Shown piece by piece: positions 38,895-51,413 of a stretch of 64,000 nt of DNA. A program made the translations under genes and the position numbers. Source of the DNA: Mobula birostris (taxonomy: Eukaryota). The notes below the pieces were generated by a model. It was not told the DNA's origin, did no database searches, and was given only the letters and a program-made list of their open reading frames with translations. How positions within the stretch are numbered: the stretch's first letter is position 1; every line of letters starts with the position of its first letter. The DNA is taken from the NCBI RefSeq assembly GCF_030028105.1, contig NC_092397.1:24934630-24998629 (forward strand), given 5' to 3'.

Positions 38895-39960
38895 CTCTCT
38901 CCCCAGAGGGAGACTGCAATCTGGAACACACTGCCTGAGGGGGTGGTGCAGGCTGGTATTTAAGGACCATCTGGATGAGCATTTGAATCACGAAGGCAGG
39001 GTAGGAGACAGACCAAGTGCTGAGTTAGTGGGGACAGATTCTCAATGGTCGGTATAGACACGCAGAAACCACTGACTGTGAAAGTGCAGGGGGAATCTGG
39101 AACACAGAACTTCAGGGTGGACTCAGCTAAAACATTCAGAACCCAGTACGATGGATTTTTGTTGGACAAAGGTACTAATGGCCACATACTGAACCAACCC
39201 CCTCAAAAGGTGACCAAAATGCTGCCATTCCCTGTGCACCAGTAACAATACTTTTGTCTGGGAATTTGGTGAAGTATTCTGGGTGATATTAGGAGATATG
39301 TCTGACACCTTGGTCACAGTGGGAGGGTGCAAATATTTTCTCAGAGGGTAAGGGGTTCAGTGGAACAAGCTCACAGCTGAGAATGAAGGTGACAAACCCC
39401 ACTGCAGTGGAGGACTGCTGTGGTCAGGGTTGTACAGGATAGAAACAGACCCTGCGGCCCATCACATTTATGCTCCCCATCATGCACAGCTGTACTAATC
39501 CCACTTTCCTGCATTAGTTTCATATCCCTCTGGGCCTTGTTCACTGAAGGTCCTGTGCATGTGCCTCTGATATTGTTACACAGTTCCCTGTACGTGGCAT
39601 CACAGGTAGACAGGGTTGTGTGTTCTACTTGCCTTGTCAGCCAAAGAACTGCCTCTCATTAGAGTTGGACAAAACTGTTTAAAGACAGATTTAAAGGGGA
39701 TCTGAGGGGTAAATATTTCACACAGAGAATAGCTGGCATCTGGAATTAACTCCCAAAATAGAGTCACTGGTTTATACAGAAATGAAACAGTCCCTTCGGT
39801 ACAACTCATCCCCGCCGACCAAGTTGTCGACCTGAACTCGGTCCATCTGCCTGCATTAGGCCCGTATCCCTCTCAACCTTTCCCATCCATGTGACTGTGC
39901 AAATATGTTTTAAATATTGTACCTGAGGCAGAGAGCCGGTGCAGTGAGGCGCGGACAGAC

Positions 39961-40180
39961 ACTCACTGTTCCGCGGGCAGGAAGAGGAGAGGCGGATCCC
40001 ACAGCGGAGCCGAAACCCCAACAAGTAGAGACCGACTCCACCATCTCGGACTTCCCGCACTGGACCGTTTCCACGGAAACGACGACGGTGTCTGTAGGGC
40101 TTTGTGACGTCAGCGCGCCACGGGTCAACAATCGCATGGAGTCACGTGACAGTAACCCGACAGCCGGGGAGGCGGGGCAG
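39961..40180 (-). promoter_or_regulatory. CpG-rich promoter and putative first exon of an unidentified minus-strand gene
   Basis: GTCACGTGAC at 40141-40150, TGACGTCA at 40105-40112, GC box at about 40170, GGGAAGT and GAGATGG motifs at about 40040-40056, splice donor GTGAGT at 39966-39961. Confidence 0.65.
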
Positions 40181-40519
40181 AGGGAGCTGTCAATCAGCAG
40201 AGCGGCTGAAAAACTTGTCACCATTGTAAACAGAATGGGGAGAGCGGGAGATTTCCTGGGACGCTGACCCACTCCCCCATTCCCTGGAATTGAGTGTGTT
40301 ATACACAGTAACATTCATATTATAATTTAGCTCTTCGATCTTATAAATATGTCATGTTTGTATTTTGTATATTTTTGTGTGGATAATCTTTTATAATTTG
40401 GGATGAAGGATGTTGGAACTAGATCACTGGAAAAAAACGTCACGGAAAAATATTGTCAAAGCCAAAATATTAATCCAAAGTAAGTTGTTATCACACTTCG
40501 CATAAGGCACCATATAGTT

Positions 40520-42795
40520 CAAAGATCAAATTAAAATTTATTCTCACGGTACATACGTGTCACCACAGATAGCCAGAGATTCTTGTTCAGCGGGCATGCT
40601 TAGCAAATCTATAGAACAGTAACCGTGAACTGTAAATATGAGGAACTATAAACTGTAAACAAATTGTGTAAATGCAGAAAAATGAATAGCAATAAATAAC
40701 AAGCATGAAATAACGATATAACAGTCCTGACATGAGTGTATCTATCCCCTTTTGTTCAGGACACTGATGATTGAGGGGTAGTAACTGTTCTTGAAGCTGG
40801 TGGGGCGAGTCCTGAGGTACTTGTACCTTCTACCTGATGGCAGCAGTGAGAAAAGAGCATTGCCTGGGTGGTGAGGATCTTTGCTGATGGACGCTGCTTT
40901 CCTCCGGCAATGTTTCATGTAGATGTGCTCAGTGGTTGTGAGGATTTTACCCGTGATATACCGGGCCGAATCCGCTACCTTTTGTAGGATTTCCCACTCA
41001 AAGGCATTGGTGTTCCTATACCATGCCGTAATGCAGCCAGTCAGCACACATTCTGCCACACATTTATAGAAGTTTGGCAAAGTTTTCGATGACCGGCTGA
41101 ATCTCTGAGTGCCCTGAGGAAGCAGAGGTGCAGTCGGGACTTCTTCACAATAATATTTATATGATGGGCTCAGGACAGGTCCTCAGAGAGTGACACACAG
41201 AAATTCAAAGTTACCGACCCTTTCCGCCTCTAATCGTCCTTTGATTACTGGCTCATGGACCTCTGGGTTTCCCCTCCTAAAGTCACAATCAGTCCCTTGG
41301 TCTCATCCACATTGAGTGAGAGGTTGTTGATATTACACAACTCAGCGAAGTTTTCAGAGTCCCTCCTGTATGCCGATTAATCACCCTCTTTGATACAGCC
41401 CACAACAGTTGTGTCATCAGTAAACTTGTAAATGGTGTTGGAAGTGTACTTGGCCACACATTCATACTGTCGGAGTAAAGTGAGTGGGGGGGGGGGTGCG
41501 GGGAGCTAAGCACACTCTGGATGGGACTCCTGTGCTGTGGAGGAGATGTTTCTTGTCAATCCGGACTGACTGGGTTTTGCAACTGAGGAAATCCAGGATC
41601 CAATTGCACAAGGGGGTATTGAGGCCCAGGACTGGGAGTTTACTGATCAGTTTTGAGGGGATGACATTGTTAAGTGCTGATCTGTAATCAATAAAGGGCA
41701 TCCAGATGTTTGCACCTTTGCTGTCCAGATGTTCCAGAGTTGTGTGAAGAGACAACGAGACAGCATCTGCTGTTGCTTCAGTTGGTGAAATGGAGAGGAT
41801 CCAAGTCACCATTCAGACAAGAGCTGATATGCTTCAACACAAGCCTCTCAAAACACTTCATCGCTGTGGATGTAAGTGCCACTGGGCAATAGTCATTCAG
41901 ACAGGTTGCCACGCTCCTGTTGGGCACCGATATGATTGAAGTTTCCTTGAAGTAGGTGGGTTTCACACACTGCTAGATCGAGAGGTTGAAGATATCCGTG
42001 AATACACGAGCCAGCTGGTCAGCACAGGTCTTCAGTACTCGGCCAGGAACTCCATCCAGACCGGATGCTTTCCTTGGATTCACTCTCTTGAAGGCAGCCT
42101 GCACGTCATCTTCAGATACTGAGACCAAATGACCATCGGGAGACACGGGGGTGCGCGATGGTTCCTTCCTCTTCTGCCTGTCCAAAGTGAGCATAGAAGG
42201 CATTGAGCTCGTCTGGAAGCGAAGCTCTGCTGTCCCCTTTGTCACGAGATTTACCTTTGCAGGAGGTTCTGGCATTCAAACCCTGACACAGATCTTGAGC
42301 ATCACTCTTTTATTCCATTCTATTCCGGAATCTCCACATTGCCCAAGAGACGGCTTTCTGCAGATCATACCTGCAGCTCTTGTAGTATTCCTGATCTCCA
42401 GACCTGAATGGATCTGATCTGGTGCTCAGCTGGTTCCAGATCTCAGTGCTTACCCAGAGCCTCTGATTTGGGAAAACCTTGAATGATTTTGTGGGGACAC
42501 TCGCCTCCACAGCTGTTTTATTGAAGTCTGTAGTGACCCCGGTGTCGTCCTTCAGGTCCTTCGATGAGTTCATGAACATGGCTCAGCCTGCTGACTCAAG
42601 GCAATCCTGTAACCGTTCCTCTGCCTCCCAACACCACCCCTCGGTTATCTGGATATCTGGAGCCTTGTTCCTTAGTCTCTGTCTGTATGCAGGTAGCAGG
42701 AGTACAGTCAAATGATCCAACTTAACAACAACAGGCATTCCTGATCGTGGTGTAGCAGTGCCCTAGTGTGTTGGGACCTCTGATGCAAAAGGTTA
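40520..42795 (-). mobile_element. Rex1/Babar LINE, degenerate EN-RT and 3' end
   Basis: FKRVNPRKASGLDGVPGRVLKTCADQL, CLNDYCPVALTSTAMKCFERLV, NTPLCNWILDFL, DPHHPGNALFSLLPSGRRY. Confidence 0.9.
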
Positions 42796-42904
42796 CTACT
42801 TCAGATTCATTTTCTTTCAGATATCTACAGGAAAATGAATACAATGGAATTGATGAAAACTACAGACAGCAAAGACTGACAGACAAATCATGTGCAAAAG
42901 AAGA

Positions 42905-43630
42905 CAAATAGTGGAATATCCTCCTCTTCATTATTAATTACATTGTCCTTAGATTCAGTAATTAGTCTAATTAACGTTCGCCTTGTGGTAACATGTTCAC
43001 ACAGGATCTTAGCTTCCACACACACCTCTTTGAGCTGATCCAGTTCCAAAAGCCATAGGCTCTGAGACAAGGTCTCTGCCAACTCCCCCCGATCCATTAT
43101 GTGTGAAGCAGCCGCGCCCCCAAAGAAGCGCGCTCCCGCTCTCCATCAAACGCGATCCGTGTCCTCATTGTGGCCACACTGAGCGACGTTAATTGTCCCG
43201 GGTTCCGGCACCAAATATTTGTTGCACACAAAAGGGATTTCCAGGCGTGCCGAAGTTTAAAATAGCGTCTTTATTTTCCTTTCTGGAAACACCGGAACAC
43301 AGCGCATCGGCTTTCCACGCACGCTGCCGGGCCGTCTCCGTCCACTCCATCACATCCCCGGGACCCCTCAGCTGCCCCAACTGCCTGGATAAGCTTTGCC
43401 CCTTGTAACCATCAACCAACCCACTGAACATTAATCAAATTGTCAATGAACCAAATAACAAAACCAAAGCACTAAAAATAATATGAACATAATATAAGAA
43501 AATTAGGGGGGTATCCAGTGTCCATTACTATGCTCCACATTACTATGGGTCCCACTTTGGCATGGGTGACCCTCCCAAAAGCCAAACCACAAGGGCCTTG
43601 TCTCCAGCCAGCTTCACTCTCCGGTCATTG
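42905..43630 (-). mobile_element. Gypsy LTR-retrotransposon 5' remnant: LTR part, tRNA-Phe primer-binding site, gag start
   Basis: Minus strand ..GCAACA (LTR end at 43220), PBS TGGTGCCGGAACCCGGGA at 43213-43196, AATAAA at 43275-43270, and a gag-like MDRGELAETLSQSLWLLELDQLKEVC.. starting at 43097. Confidence 0.75.
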
Positions 43631-43791
43631 AGGCAGGTTTCAGACATCCCACCTCTCCCGGAAGATCCGGGAGTCTCCCGCATATCGATAGTGGCTCCCT
43701 GACGCCCGGGAATTATATACAATATCCCGGAAATAGATTTATTTTTTTGAGAGGGAGAGCGAGCATCCTGTTTGGTCTCTCTTCGTGCTGA

Positions 43792-44485
43792 GAGTGGTCT
43801 CCAACCACCGGGCCGTGAGGAAACAATATGATTTGGCGATATGAAACGATATGAGTCAGCTGCACCTTTTCTCACTCCCTGTCACGCACTGTTGAGCTCG
43901 AACGCACGCGAGGTCATTACGCACGCCTCATCCATGTCAGCGCGGGAAAAAGATCAACTCCTGGAGCTTGTAAGTGACGGCGGGCTGAAAAGTATGTTTG
44001 ACATAACATCTCTGCCGGCATTCTGGATCAAAGTCAAGGCTTACTATCCTGAGATAGACAGGAAAGCACTGAAAACGTTGCGTCCATTTCCAACATCATA
44101 TCGCTGCGAAGCGGAGTTTTCTGCAATGAATGCAACGAAAACTAAATTGCGGAATAGACTGGACATAAGGAACCCCCTTCGAGTATCGCTGTCTCCCATC
44201 ACGCCTCGATGGGACCGTCTTGTTGCAGGAAAACAAGCCCAGGGCTCACACTGATTCAGCGATATTGGTGTGTTGCAATGAATTTATATGTTTACACGGG
44301 GAAAATATGCGCTGTGTGTTTAATATCCAAACGTTACTTAAAATGTTATGATGCTATTGACTTATCACCTATATTCCGGTCGTGATTAACACCGCCCCCC
44401 GCTCCCCGCCCCCGGGTCGGCCGGTCCGCAAGAATATTGTCAATATTGAACCGGTCTGCGGTGCAAAAAATGTTGGGCACCGCTG
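43792..44485 (+). mobile_element. hAT Charlie/Buster-type deletion derivative
   Basis: Dimerisation domain FWIKVKAYYPEI..PFPTSYRCEAEFSAMNATKTKLRNRL..KQAQGSH; termini AGTGGTCTCCAACC and GTTGGGCACCGCTG. Confidence 0.9.
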
Positions 44486-44817
44486 CTAAGTAGACCTATC
44501 AGTTTTCTCTGTGGGCGGGCTTTACAGTCGACCTCAAAAACAATGACAGTGTTGCTCGCTGCACCTTTTGCAACAGTGACCTTTCTATTGCCCATGGTGG
44601 GTTAAAATGTAAAAGACATGTTGAGGTGAGTTTAACAGGTGTCATTACAGCATAGCTAACGTTATTTAAACTAGCTGGTTAGCTGCTAAGGAACAACGCT
44701 ATTGATGTCCTACGTGATGAGGCCAACCTCCCTGAAGACTTGCTTAAAGTTGTAATAGAATAAACATGATAATAAAATATAATATAACACATATTTTAAT
44801 GTCACATTTGCTGCATA

Positions 44818-45690
44818 TAGTCATAGTCATAGTCATACTTTATTGATCCTGGGAGAAATTGGTTTTCGTTACAGTTGCACCATAAATAATAACTAGTTAA
44901 ATAGTAATATGTAAATTATGCCAGGAAATAAGTCCAGGACCAGCCTATTGGCTCAGGGTGTCTGACCCTCCAAGGGAGGAGTTCTAAAATTTGATGGCCA
45001 CAGGCAGGAATGACTTCCTATGACGCTCTGTGTTGCATCTCAGTGGAATGAGTCTCTGGCTGAATGTACTCCTGTGCCCAACCAGTACATTATGTAGTGG
45101 ATGGGAGACTTTGTCCAAGATGGCATGCAACTTGGGCAGCATCTTCTTTTCAGACACCACAGTCAGAGAGTCCAGTTCCATCCCCACAACATCACTGGCC
45201 TTACGAATGAGTTTGTTGATTCTGTTGGTGTCTGCTACCCTCAGCCTGCTGCTCCAGCACACAACAGCAAACATGATAGCACTGGCCACCACAGACTCGT
45301 AGAACATCCTCAGCATCGTCCGGCAGATGTTAAAGGACCTCAGTCTCCTCAGGAAATAGAGATGGCTCTGACCCTTCTTGTAGACAGCCTCAGTGTTCTT
45401 TGACCAGTCCAGTTTATTGTCAATTCGTATCCCCAGGTATTTGTAATCCTCCACCATGTCCGCCCTGACCCCCTGGATGGAAACAGGGGTCACCGGTCCA
45501 TTAGCCCTCCTCAGGTCTACCAACAGCTCCTTAGTCTTTTTCACATTAAGCTGCAGATCATTCTGCTCACACCATGTGACAAAGTTTCCTACCGTAGCCC
45601 TGTACTCAGCCTCATCTCCCTTGCTGATGCATCCAACTATGGCAGAGTCATCAGAAAACTTCTGAAGATGAAAAGACTCTGTGCACTAGT
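44818..45690 (-). mobile_element. Rex1/Babar LINE, 5'-truncated, relatively young
   Basis: ORF 44984..45544 KKTKELLVDLRR..YKYLGIRIDNKLDW..LYFLRRLRSF; AATAAA followed by a (TATGAC)n tail. Confidence 0.9.
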
Positions 45691-45864
45691 ATACCCAACT
45701 TGGTTTACAGATTAGACAAAATCACTAAACAAAGTATTACATACACACTTGGAGGTCGACGGGCGGGAGGGGGGAATATGGTGTTGCAGGGGGCGGGGGA
45801 GCTACCTCCCTGAAATGGTGGTGATACCTCCCTGAAATGAGTTTTTGCAGGGTGGGATGTCTGT

Positions 45865-45995
45865 GGTTTGCTCCAGGAAATGATCTCCCACTTTGCCAGA
45901 TTTGCTACAGGAAATGATCTCCCATTTTGCCAGGTTTGCTGCAGGAAATGATCTCCCATTTTGCCAGGTTTGCTGCGGGAAATGATCTCCCATTT
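45865..45995. repeat. 34-bp minisatellite, about 4 copies
   Basis: GGAAATGATCTCCCA at 45876, 45910, 45944 and 45978. Confidence 0.95.
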
Positions 45996-47067
45996 GTGCA
46001 GCTTCATTCAAGCAGGGAAGCTGAAGGTGCCAGTCTGCACTAAGGTTCGATTTCAGGACTATCAAGTGGCCCTCAAAGCTGCTACCACATCATTTATATC
46101 AAGCAAAGAGATTCTAATCATGTGATGTCATTTTGTTAATTTGTAAATAATCTAGATAGATTTAGAAATCAGATAGTTTCAGAAAGAACAGGAAGGATAG
46201 TTTATTTTCAGCTTTATTCCATCCAGTCTGAAATATAAACTTTTTACCATATCTGTAAGAATGGGAAATTGACTGGATCTGTACAATGAAAGCCTTACTT
46301 TGTGTCATGTAAGTTGTGTCACTTTCTTTCTCCCTGTTTGCTTTATCCTGTCAGCAGAGTGAGATACAAATCAAATCAAGTTTAATTATCATTCAGCCAT
46401 AATAGATAGGGCGAATGAGGCAGCGTCCCTCGGGGGACACGGTGCAGAACGAACAACATAGTGCATTCAAAAAAGCAAGTAGAGAAGCCTCTTCACGTGG
46501 GATAAGAACATATATGTAGTCTAAGACCCTCAGTGACCTGTCCTGCAATCAATGGTACAATCTCCTGGCAGTGTGCAGACACGTGCAGTCCAGACTGTTG
46601 TTCCACCACTCGAACAGGAGAGGGCAGCACCAACGGGAGGCGCCAGCCCCCTGCTGAGCGCAGATGCCACGTTGCACCGCCTCCAGCGTCCCTCACCTGG
46701 CCTGCAGCTGCAGGCAAGCCCGCGGCTTGAGGACTCGTCCCCGCTACAATCGGGGCTACGTGGCTTCTACTATCGCACCACCAGACAAGTGTAACAGGCC
46801 TGCGGCAACTTACACTATCACTCTGCAAAAGAGTCTTGCGATTGCGAGTGAAATAACCATGACAATCTTTCACGTACCAACTCCGATGCCTCTGAGTGGC
46901 AGGCAGCAACACAGTCTCAACTCAAGCTCTGTATAAATTTTGGGTTTATTATGTACATAAATAGAAGCAAGAGTTAGGCCATTCAGCTCTGTGGGCCTTC
47001 TCTGTAATTCAGAATTTGTTGATCTCTTTCTAATCTATTCACAAGTCTTGCATCCCTTGATTCCTTT

Positions 47068-47370
47068 CAAAGTTCAAAGTAAATTTTATTATCAAACTAC
47101 ATGCATATCACCATATACAACCATGAGATTCACTTTCCATTGGGCATACTCAGCAAATCTATAGAATGGTAACTATAACAGGATCAATGAAAGGTCAACT
47201 AGAGTGCAGAAGACAACAAACTCTGCAAATACAGATATAAATAAATAGCAATAAATAACAAGAGCATGAGATAAAGAGTCCTTAAGGTGAGGTCATTGGT
47301 TGTGGGAACATTTCAATGATGGGGCAAGTGAGTGTAGTTATCCTCTTTTATTCAAGAGCCTGATGTTGAG
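47068..47370 (-). mobile_element. Rex1-type LINE 3'UTR
   Basis: Similar to 40525-40790 and to 33781-33870 (TCAAAGTTCAAAGTAAATTTTATTATC tail). Confidence 0.65.
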
Positions 47371-47843
47371 CTTTCATTGTAATAATAATAATAAGTACTT
47401 CATTGATCCCTAGTAGGGAATTCTTTCATTACAGCAGCAACATTTAAAGACACATTTAGCAGTGTGCAGACTTAACTAATAATAAAGTACAGAATAATAA
47501 CATGCACAATAATTTACCAATGTGCAATAATTTGCAATAATAATGTGTAATAATTATGTATTGAGTTGCTGCCACTTGATTGACTGCTGAGGATATTTGC
47601 ATTAATGAGTAGGTGTACCTAATAAAGAGGCCACTGTGTGTATATAGTCGAACATGAGAAACATCATTCCCTTGTGCCCGTTTCAAAGCTCCACTAATAA
47701 ACAACCCGTTGAACTCAGCTGCAATACACAAGCATATCTTTGCTCAGTTAGGAAGACCAGACACGTGCATGATATTCCAGATGTGATCTCAGCAGAAAAC
47801 ATAAATTTTCAAACTCGCTGTTTTTAAAAGAAATACTTCTGTT

Positions 47844-49225
47844 AGGGTCTTGGCCTGAAATGTCAACTGCACCTCTTCCTAGAGACGCAAACACGAGGAA
47901 TTCTGCAGATGCTGGAAATTCAAGCAACACACATCAAAGTTGCTGGTGAACGCAGCAGGCCAGGCAGCATCTGTAGGAAGAGGTACAGTCTGGAGGAAGT
48001 GCCAGGAGCCAAAGGAGAAATTATTAAGAGTAAGGACTAATTCTGCTAGACGGAGCAGAGTGGTGGTAGAGGGGAACTGCTGAGGTCTGGAATCCAAATA
48101 GAAATGGAGAGCTTTGAGACCTTCCTGATGGGGAATAGAAGTATATAGGGACTGGACATCCATGGTGAAAATAAAGCGGTGGGGGCCAGGGAACTTAAGA
48201 TCATCGAAAAGTATCAGAGCGTGAGAAGCGTCACAAACATAGGTAGGAAGGGATTGAACAAGGGGGGATAAAACCGTGTCGAGGTATGCAGAAACAAGTT
48301 CAGTGGGGCAGGAGCAAGCTGAGACAATAGGTCTGCGAGGACAGGCAGGTCTGTGGATCTTGGGTAGGAGGTAAAAATGGGAAGTGCGAGGTGTGGGAAC
48401 TATAAGGTTGGTAGCAGTGGATGGGAGATCTCCTGAGCGGATAAAGTCGGTGATGGTGTGGGAGACAATGGCCTGGTGCTCCTTAGTGGAGTCACGATTG
48501 AGGGGTAAATAAAAGGAGGTATCCGCGAGTTATCGCTGTGCCTCTGCAGGGTAGAGGGTCAGCACGCCAGACTACAACAGCACCCCCCTTATCAGTGAGT
48601 TTGATAGTAAGGTTAGGATTAGTTTGGAGGGAGTGGAGAGCAGAGCGTTCGGAAGGAGTAAGGTTCGAATGGGAACAAGGTGCGGTGAAGTCGAGACAGT
48701 TGATGTCCCGTCAGCAGTTAGCAATAAAGAGATCCAGAGCAGTCTGAAGACCAGTGCGGGGTGTCCATGAAGAGGAGGTGGGTTGAAGACGGGAGAAGGG
48801 GTCATCAGTGAGGGTGGAAGAGTCCTTGCTGAAGAAGTAGGCTTGGAGACGGAGATGGCGGAAGAAGAGTTCCGCATCATGGCGAACGCGCAACTCGCTG
48901 ATGTGTGGGCGAAGGGGGACAAAGGTGAGGCCCTTACTGAGGATAGAGCATTCTACCTCAGACAGTTGAAGGTCAGAGGGGATGGTAAAGACCCGGCACA
49001 GATGAGAGCTGGGATCAGAGTGGGGAGGGGGAGGCTAGGGGTGTCAGTGGAGAGGGGAGGGTTGGGGTGAGAGGAAGATGGAGCCTCTGAGGGCCCAGGA
49101 GCTGACGGTGGGATCTGAGGGTGACGGGGGTTGCAGAGTGGCGGTGGGGGAAAGGGAGACGGGAGTCACAGTAGCAGCACATAAAGACCCGTCCTGGAGT
49201 TCAAGGCTGGAGTCGCAGTTGGTGC
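47844..49225 (-). mobile_element. Penelope-like retroelement RT fragment fused to the terminal repeat
   Basis: LSKGLTFVP-like, FFRHLRLQAYF, WTPRTG..LDLFIANC, MDVQSLYTSIPHQEGLKAL..LAELVLTLNNFSF..FLQT. Joined at 47990 to the repeat at 47886-47990. Confidence 0.9.
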
Positions 49226-49479
49226 ACTTTGGACCTTAGCTCCAGCTGTAATCTACCCATGTTCCTGACCATTGGCGTTCTTGACCTGGACCACAGCTCC
49301 GCTGAATACTTAGCCTACTCCCCGGTTCCGTCTGTACACCCTGCTTATATTTGAGACGATATCTCAAACTCCAGACAAATGAGTAAGCCAGATGCTGTAA
49401 ATGGGAATTTTGCAGACCCATGGGAGGCAAGCATTTCATCCATGCCTATTTCAATAAAATCTTTAAATTGAAGGGGTCT

Positions 49480-49965
49480 TAGTGGCACAGAAAAGGCTCT
49501 TTGGCCCATCTAATCCATGTCGAACTGTTTGAACTCCCTACTCCCATCAACCTGCACCGGGACCATAGCCCTGCATACCCCGACCACCCATGTACCTATC
49601 CAAACTTCTCTTAAATGTTGAAATCGAGCTCACATGCACCACCTGCACTGGCAGCTCATTCCACACACTCACAACCCTCTGAGTGAAGACGTTTCCGCTT
49701 ATGTTCCCCTTAAACTTTTCACCTTTCACCCTTAAACCATGACCTCTAGTTGTAGTCCCATCCAACCTCTGTGGAAAAAGCCTGCTTACATTTATCCTAT
49801 CTATACCCCTCATAATTTTGTAAACCTCTATCAAATCTCCTCTCAGTCTTCTACGTTCTAAGGAATAAAGTCCTCACCTGTTCAATCTTTCCTTTTCACT
49901 CAGGTCTTTCAGTTCTGGCAACATCTTTGTAAATTTTTTTCTGTACTCTTTCAATCTTATTTGCG
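49480..49965 (-). mobile_element. CR1 3' end
   Basis: IEVYKIMRGIDR..TRGHGLRV..VFTQRVVSVWNELP..FKRSLDRYM. Confidence 0.85.
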
Positions 49966-50055
49966 AACTTTGTAGATTAAATTTCACCATATAGAAACCG
50001 GCAATGGGTAGTATTTTATTTATTTTAAAATTTGAAGTTAGAGGGGTTGAAGGGC

Positions 50056-50360
50056 AGGCACCATGGTGGTGTAGCAGTTAGCACAATGCTTTCACAGTTC
50101 AGGGTGTTCCAGAGTTGGGAGTTCAATTCCAGCGCCTTCTGCAAGGAGTTTGTACATTCTCTCCGGGACCACCTGGGTTTCCTCCAGGTGCTCCGGTTTC
50201 CTCCCACATCCCAAAGACGTACCGGTCCATCGGTTAATTGGTCATTGTAAAGTGTTCTGTGATTAGGCTACTGTTAAATAGGTGAGTTGCTGGGTGGTGT
50301 AACTTGTTGGGCTGGAAGGGCCCATTCTGTACTATACAGTATCGCTAAATAAAATAATAC
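50056..50360 (+). mobile_element. tRNA-derived V-SINE (HE1-like)
   Basis: A-box TGGTGTAGCAGTTAG, B-box GTTCAATTCC, V-domain GGGTTTCCTCCAGGTGCTCCGGTTTCCTCCCACATCCCAAAGAC, A-rich tail. Confidence 0.85.
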
Positions 50361-51071
50361 AAAATAGAAATAATTATGTACATATGTATATGTTTATTAT
50401 AATTAAAATAAATGTTTATAAACTCTGCATCAAAATAGAAATAAAGTTTAATATTTTACATGAATACTGTAAACACTTCTGGGGAGTATTTTAAATTCTA
50501 CTTTACAACTATGAATACACTACACATAAAAAGAAAATCTGAATAAACTAATTCTTTTCGTGCTCACTGTTTAAAAGTTTCACAAGTTTGTTTTCACGTC
50601 AACATGGCACAGTCAAACTGAACAAAAGCAGGCCTGACTGGAGCACATTTTACAAGGTCTCAACTTATACTGGAGATAATTCTGTTCCAGCAATCCTTAT
50701 CAAGAGCATGTTAAAAGCAAACTTTTTCAAGCCGTTCCAACTGCACATAAGTTTGGGCCAAATTAAAATTATCTCCAAACTCATCACTTTTCAAGAGGGA
50801 AAGTGGGAACAATTAAACATCGGAACAAACCAGGGGAATGAAATTGTAAAATTAATCTCTTGTTTCAGTTCCCCGATTTTCATAATTTTCTTGCTACAAA
50901 ATATCCCGTCTCACTGATAAAATGTAGGGTCTGCATTTCAAGCATATGATATCGCTGAAGAAGCGCGACTTTTTTTTTACTAAAGTGAATACAGATACGG
51001 TATCAGTCCACACAGTCGTAGAGCTCTCTTTAGTTCCTTGATGTCTGCAACCATGTTTCCTCCATTCTCTC

Positions 51072-51163
51072 TCAAACATTGACTGAAGAGTAACTGGGGT
51101 TATTCCGGCAAACGAAATGTGCAACCAACTGTCCATCAGCAATCATCAGCAACAAACCGACAC
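51072..51163 (-). CDS. TMEM244: TMEM244-like membrane protein, last coding exon
   Basis: Acceptor TTCTTCTTTTAG. Reads (G)VGLLLMIADGQLVAHFVCRNNPSYSSVNV*, and the phase matches the preceding exon. Confidence 0.8.
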
Positions 51164-51351
51164 CTAAAAGAAGAATCACAGTCGTTAAAACTCATAACTA
51201 TCACCATGGTCTATGAATTGTACAAATAGTCTTACAATACTTTATAAGATGGAATAGGTTGAAGATCAGGCATCAGAAATTTAAAAGGGACATCAGGGGC
51301 AGCTCCTCAGTGCAAAGGGTGGTGTGTATGTATTTGGGATGAGCTGCCAGA

Positions 51352-51413
51352 TACAGTACAGTGCAAAAGTCTCAGGCACACAGACACAGCTAAGGCTTTT
51401 GCACGGTGCTGTA
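51352..51413. mobile_element. Tiny Tc1-type MITE-like palindrome
   Basis: TA-CAGTACAGTGCAAAAGTC..GGCTTTTGCACGGTGCTG-TA. Confidence 0.55.

Larger units (their letters stand above)
43641..45863 (+). mobile_element. Non-autonomous hAT-like DNA transposon carrying two nested insertions
   Basis: Perfect 13-bp TIRs CAGACATCCCACC and GGTGGGATGTCTG. Internal BED-finger-like ARCTFCNSDLSIAHGG..KRHVE at about 44555-44626. Confidence 0.75.

Noticed and set aside
43196-43213. tRNA-Phe 3' end including CCA
   Set aside because: Only 18 nt long and adjacent to an LTR end, so it is a primer-binding site and not a tRNA gene.
45865-45995. 34-bp repeat array of CRISPR-like length
   Set aside because: The units are contiguous tandem copies without spacers.
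50056-50135. tRNA-like A and B boxes (also at 52466-52535)
   Set aside because: Each is followed by a V-domain and an A-rich tail, so these are SINE heads; I could not fold a complete cloverleaf.
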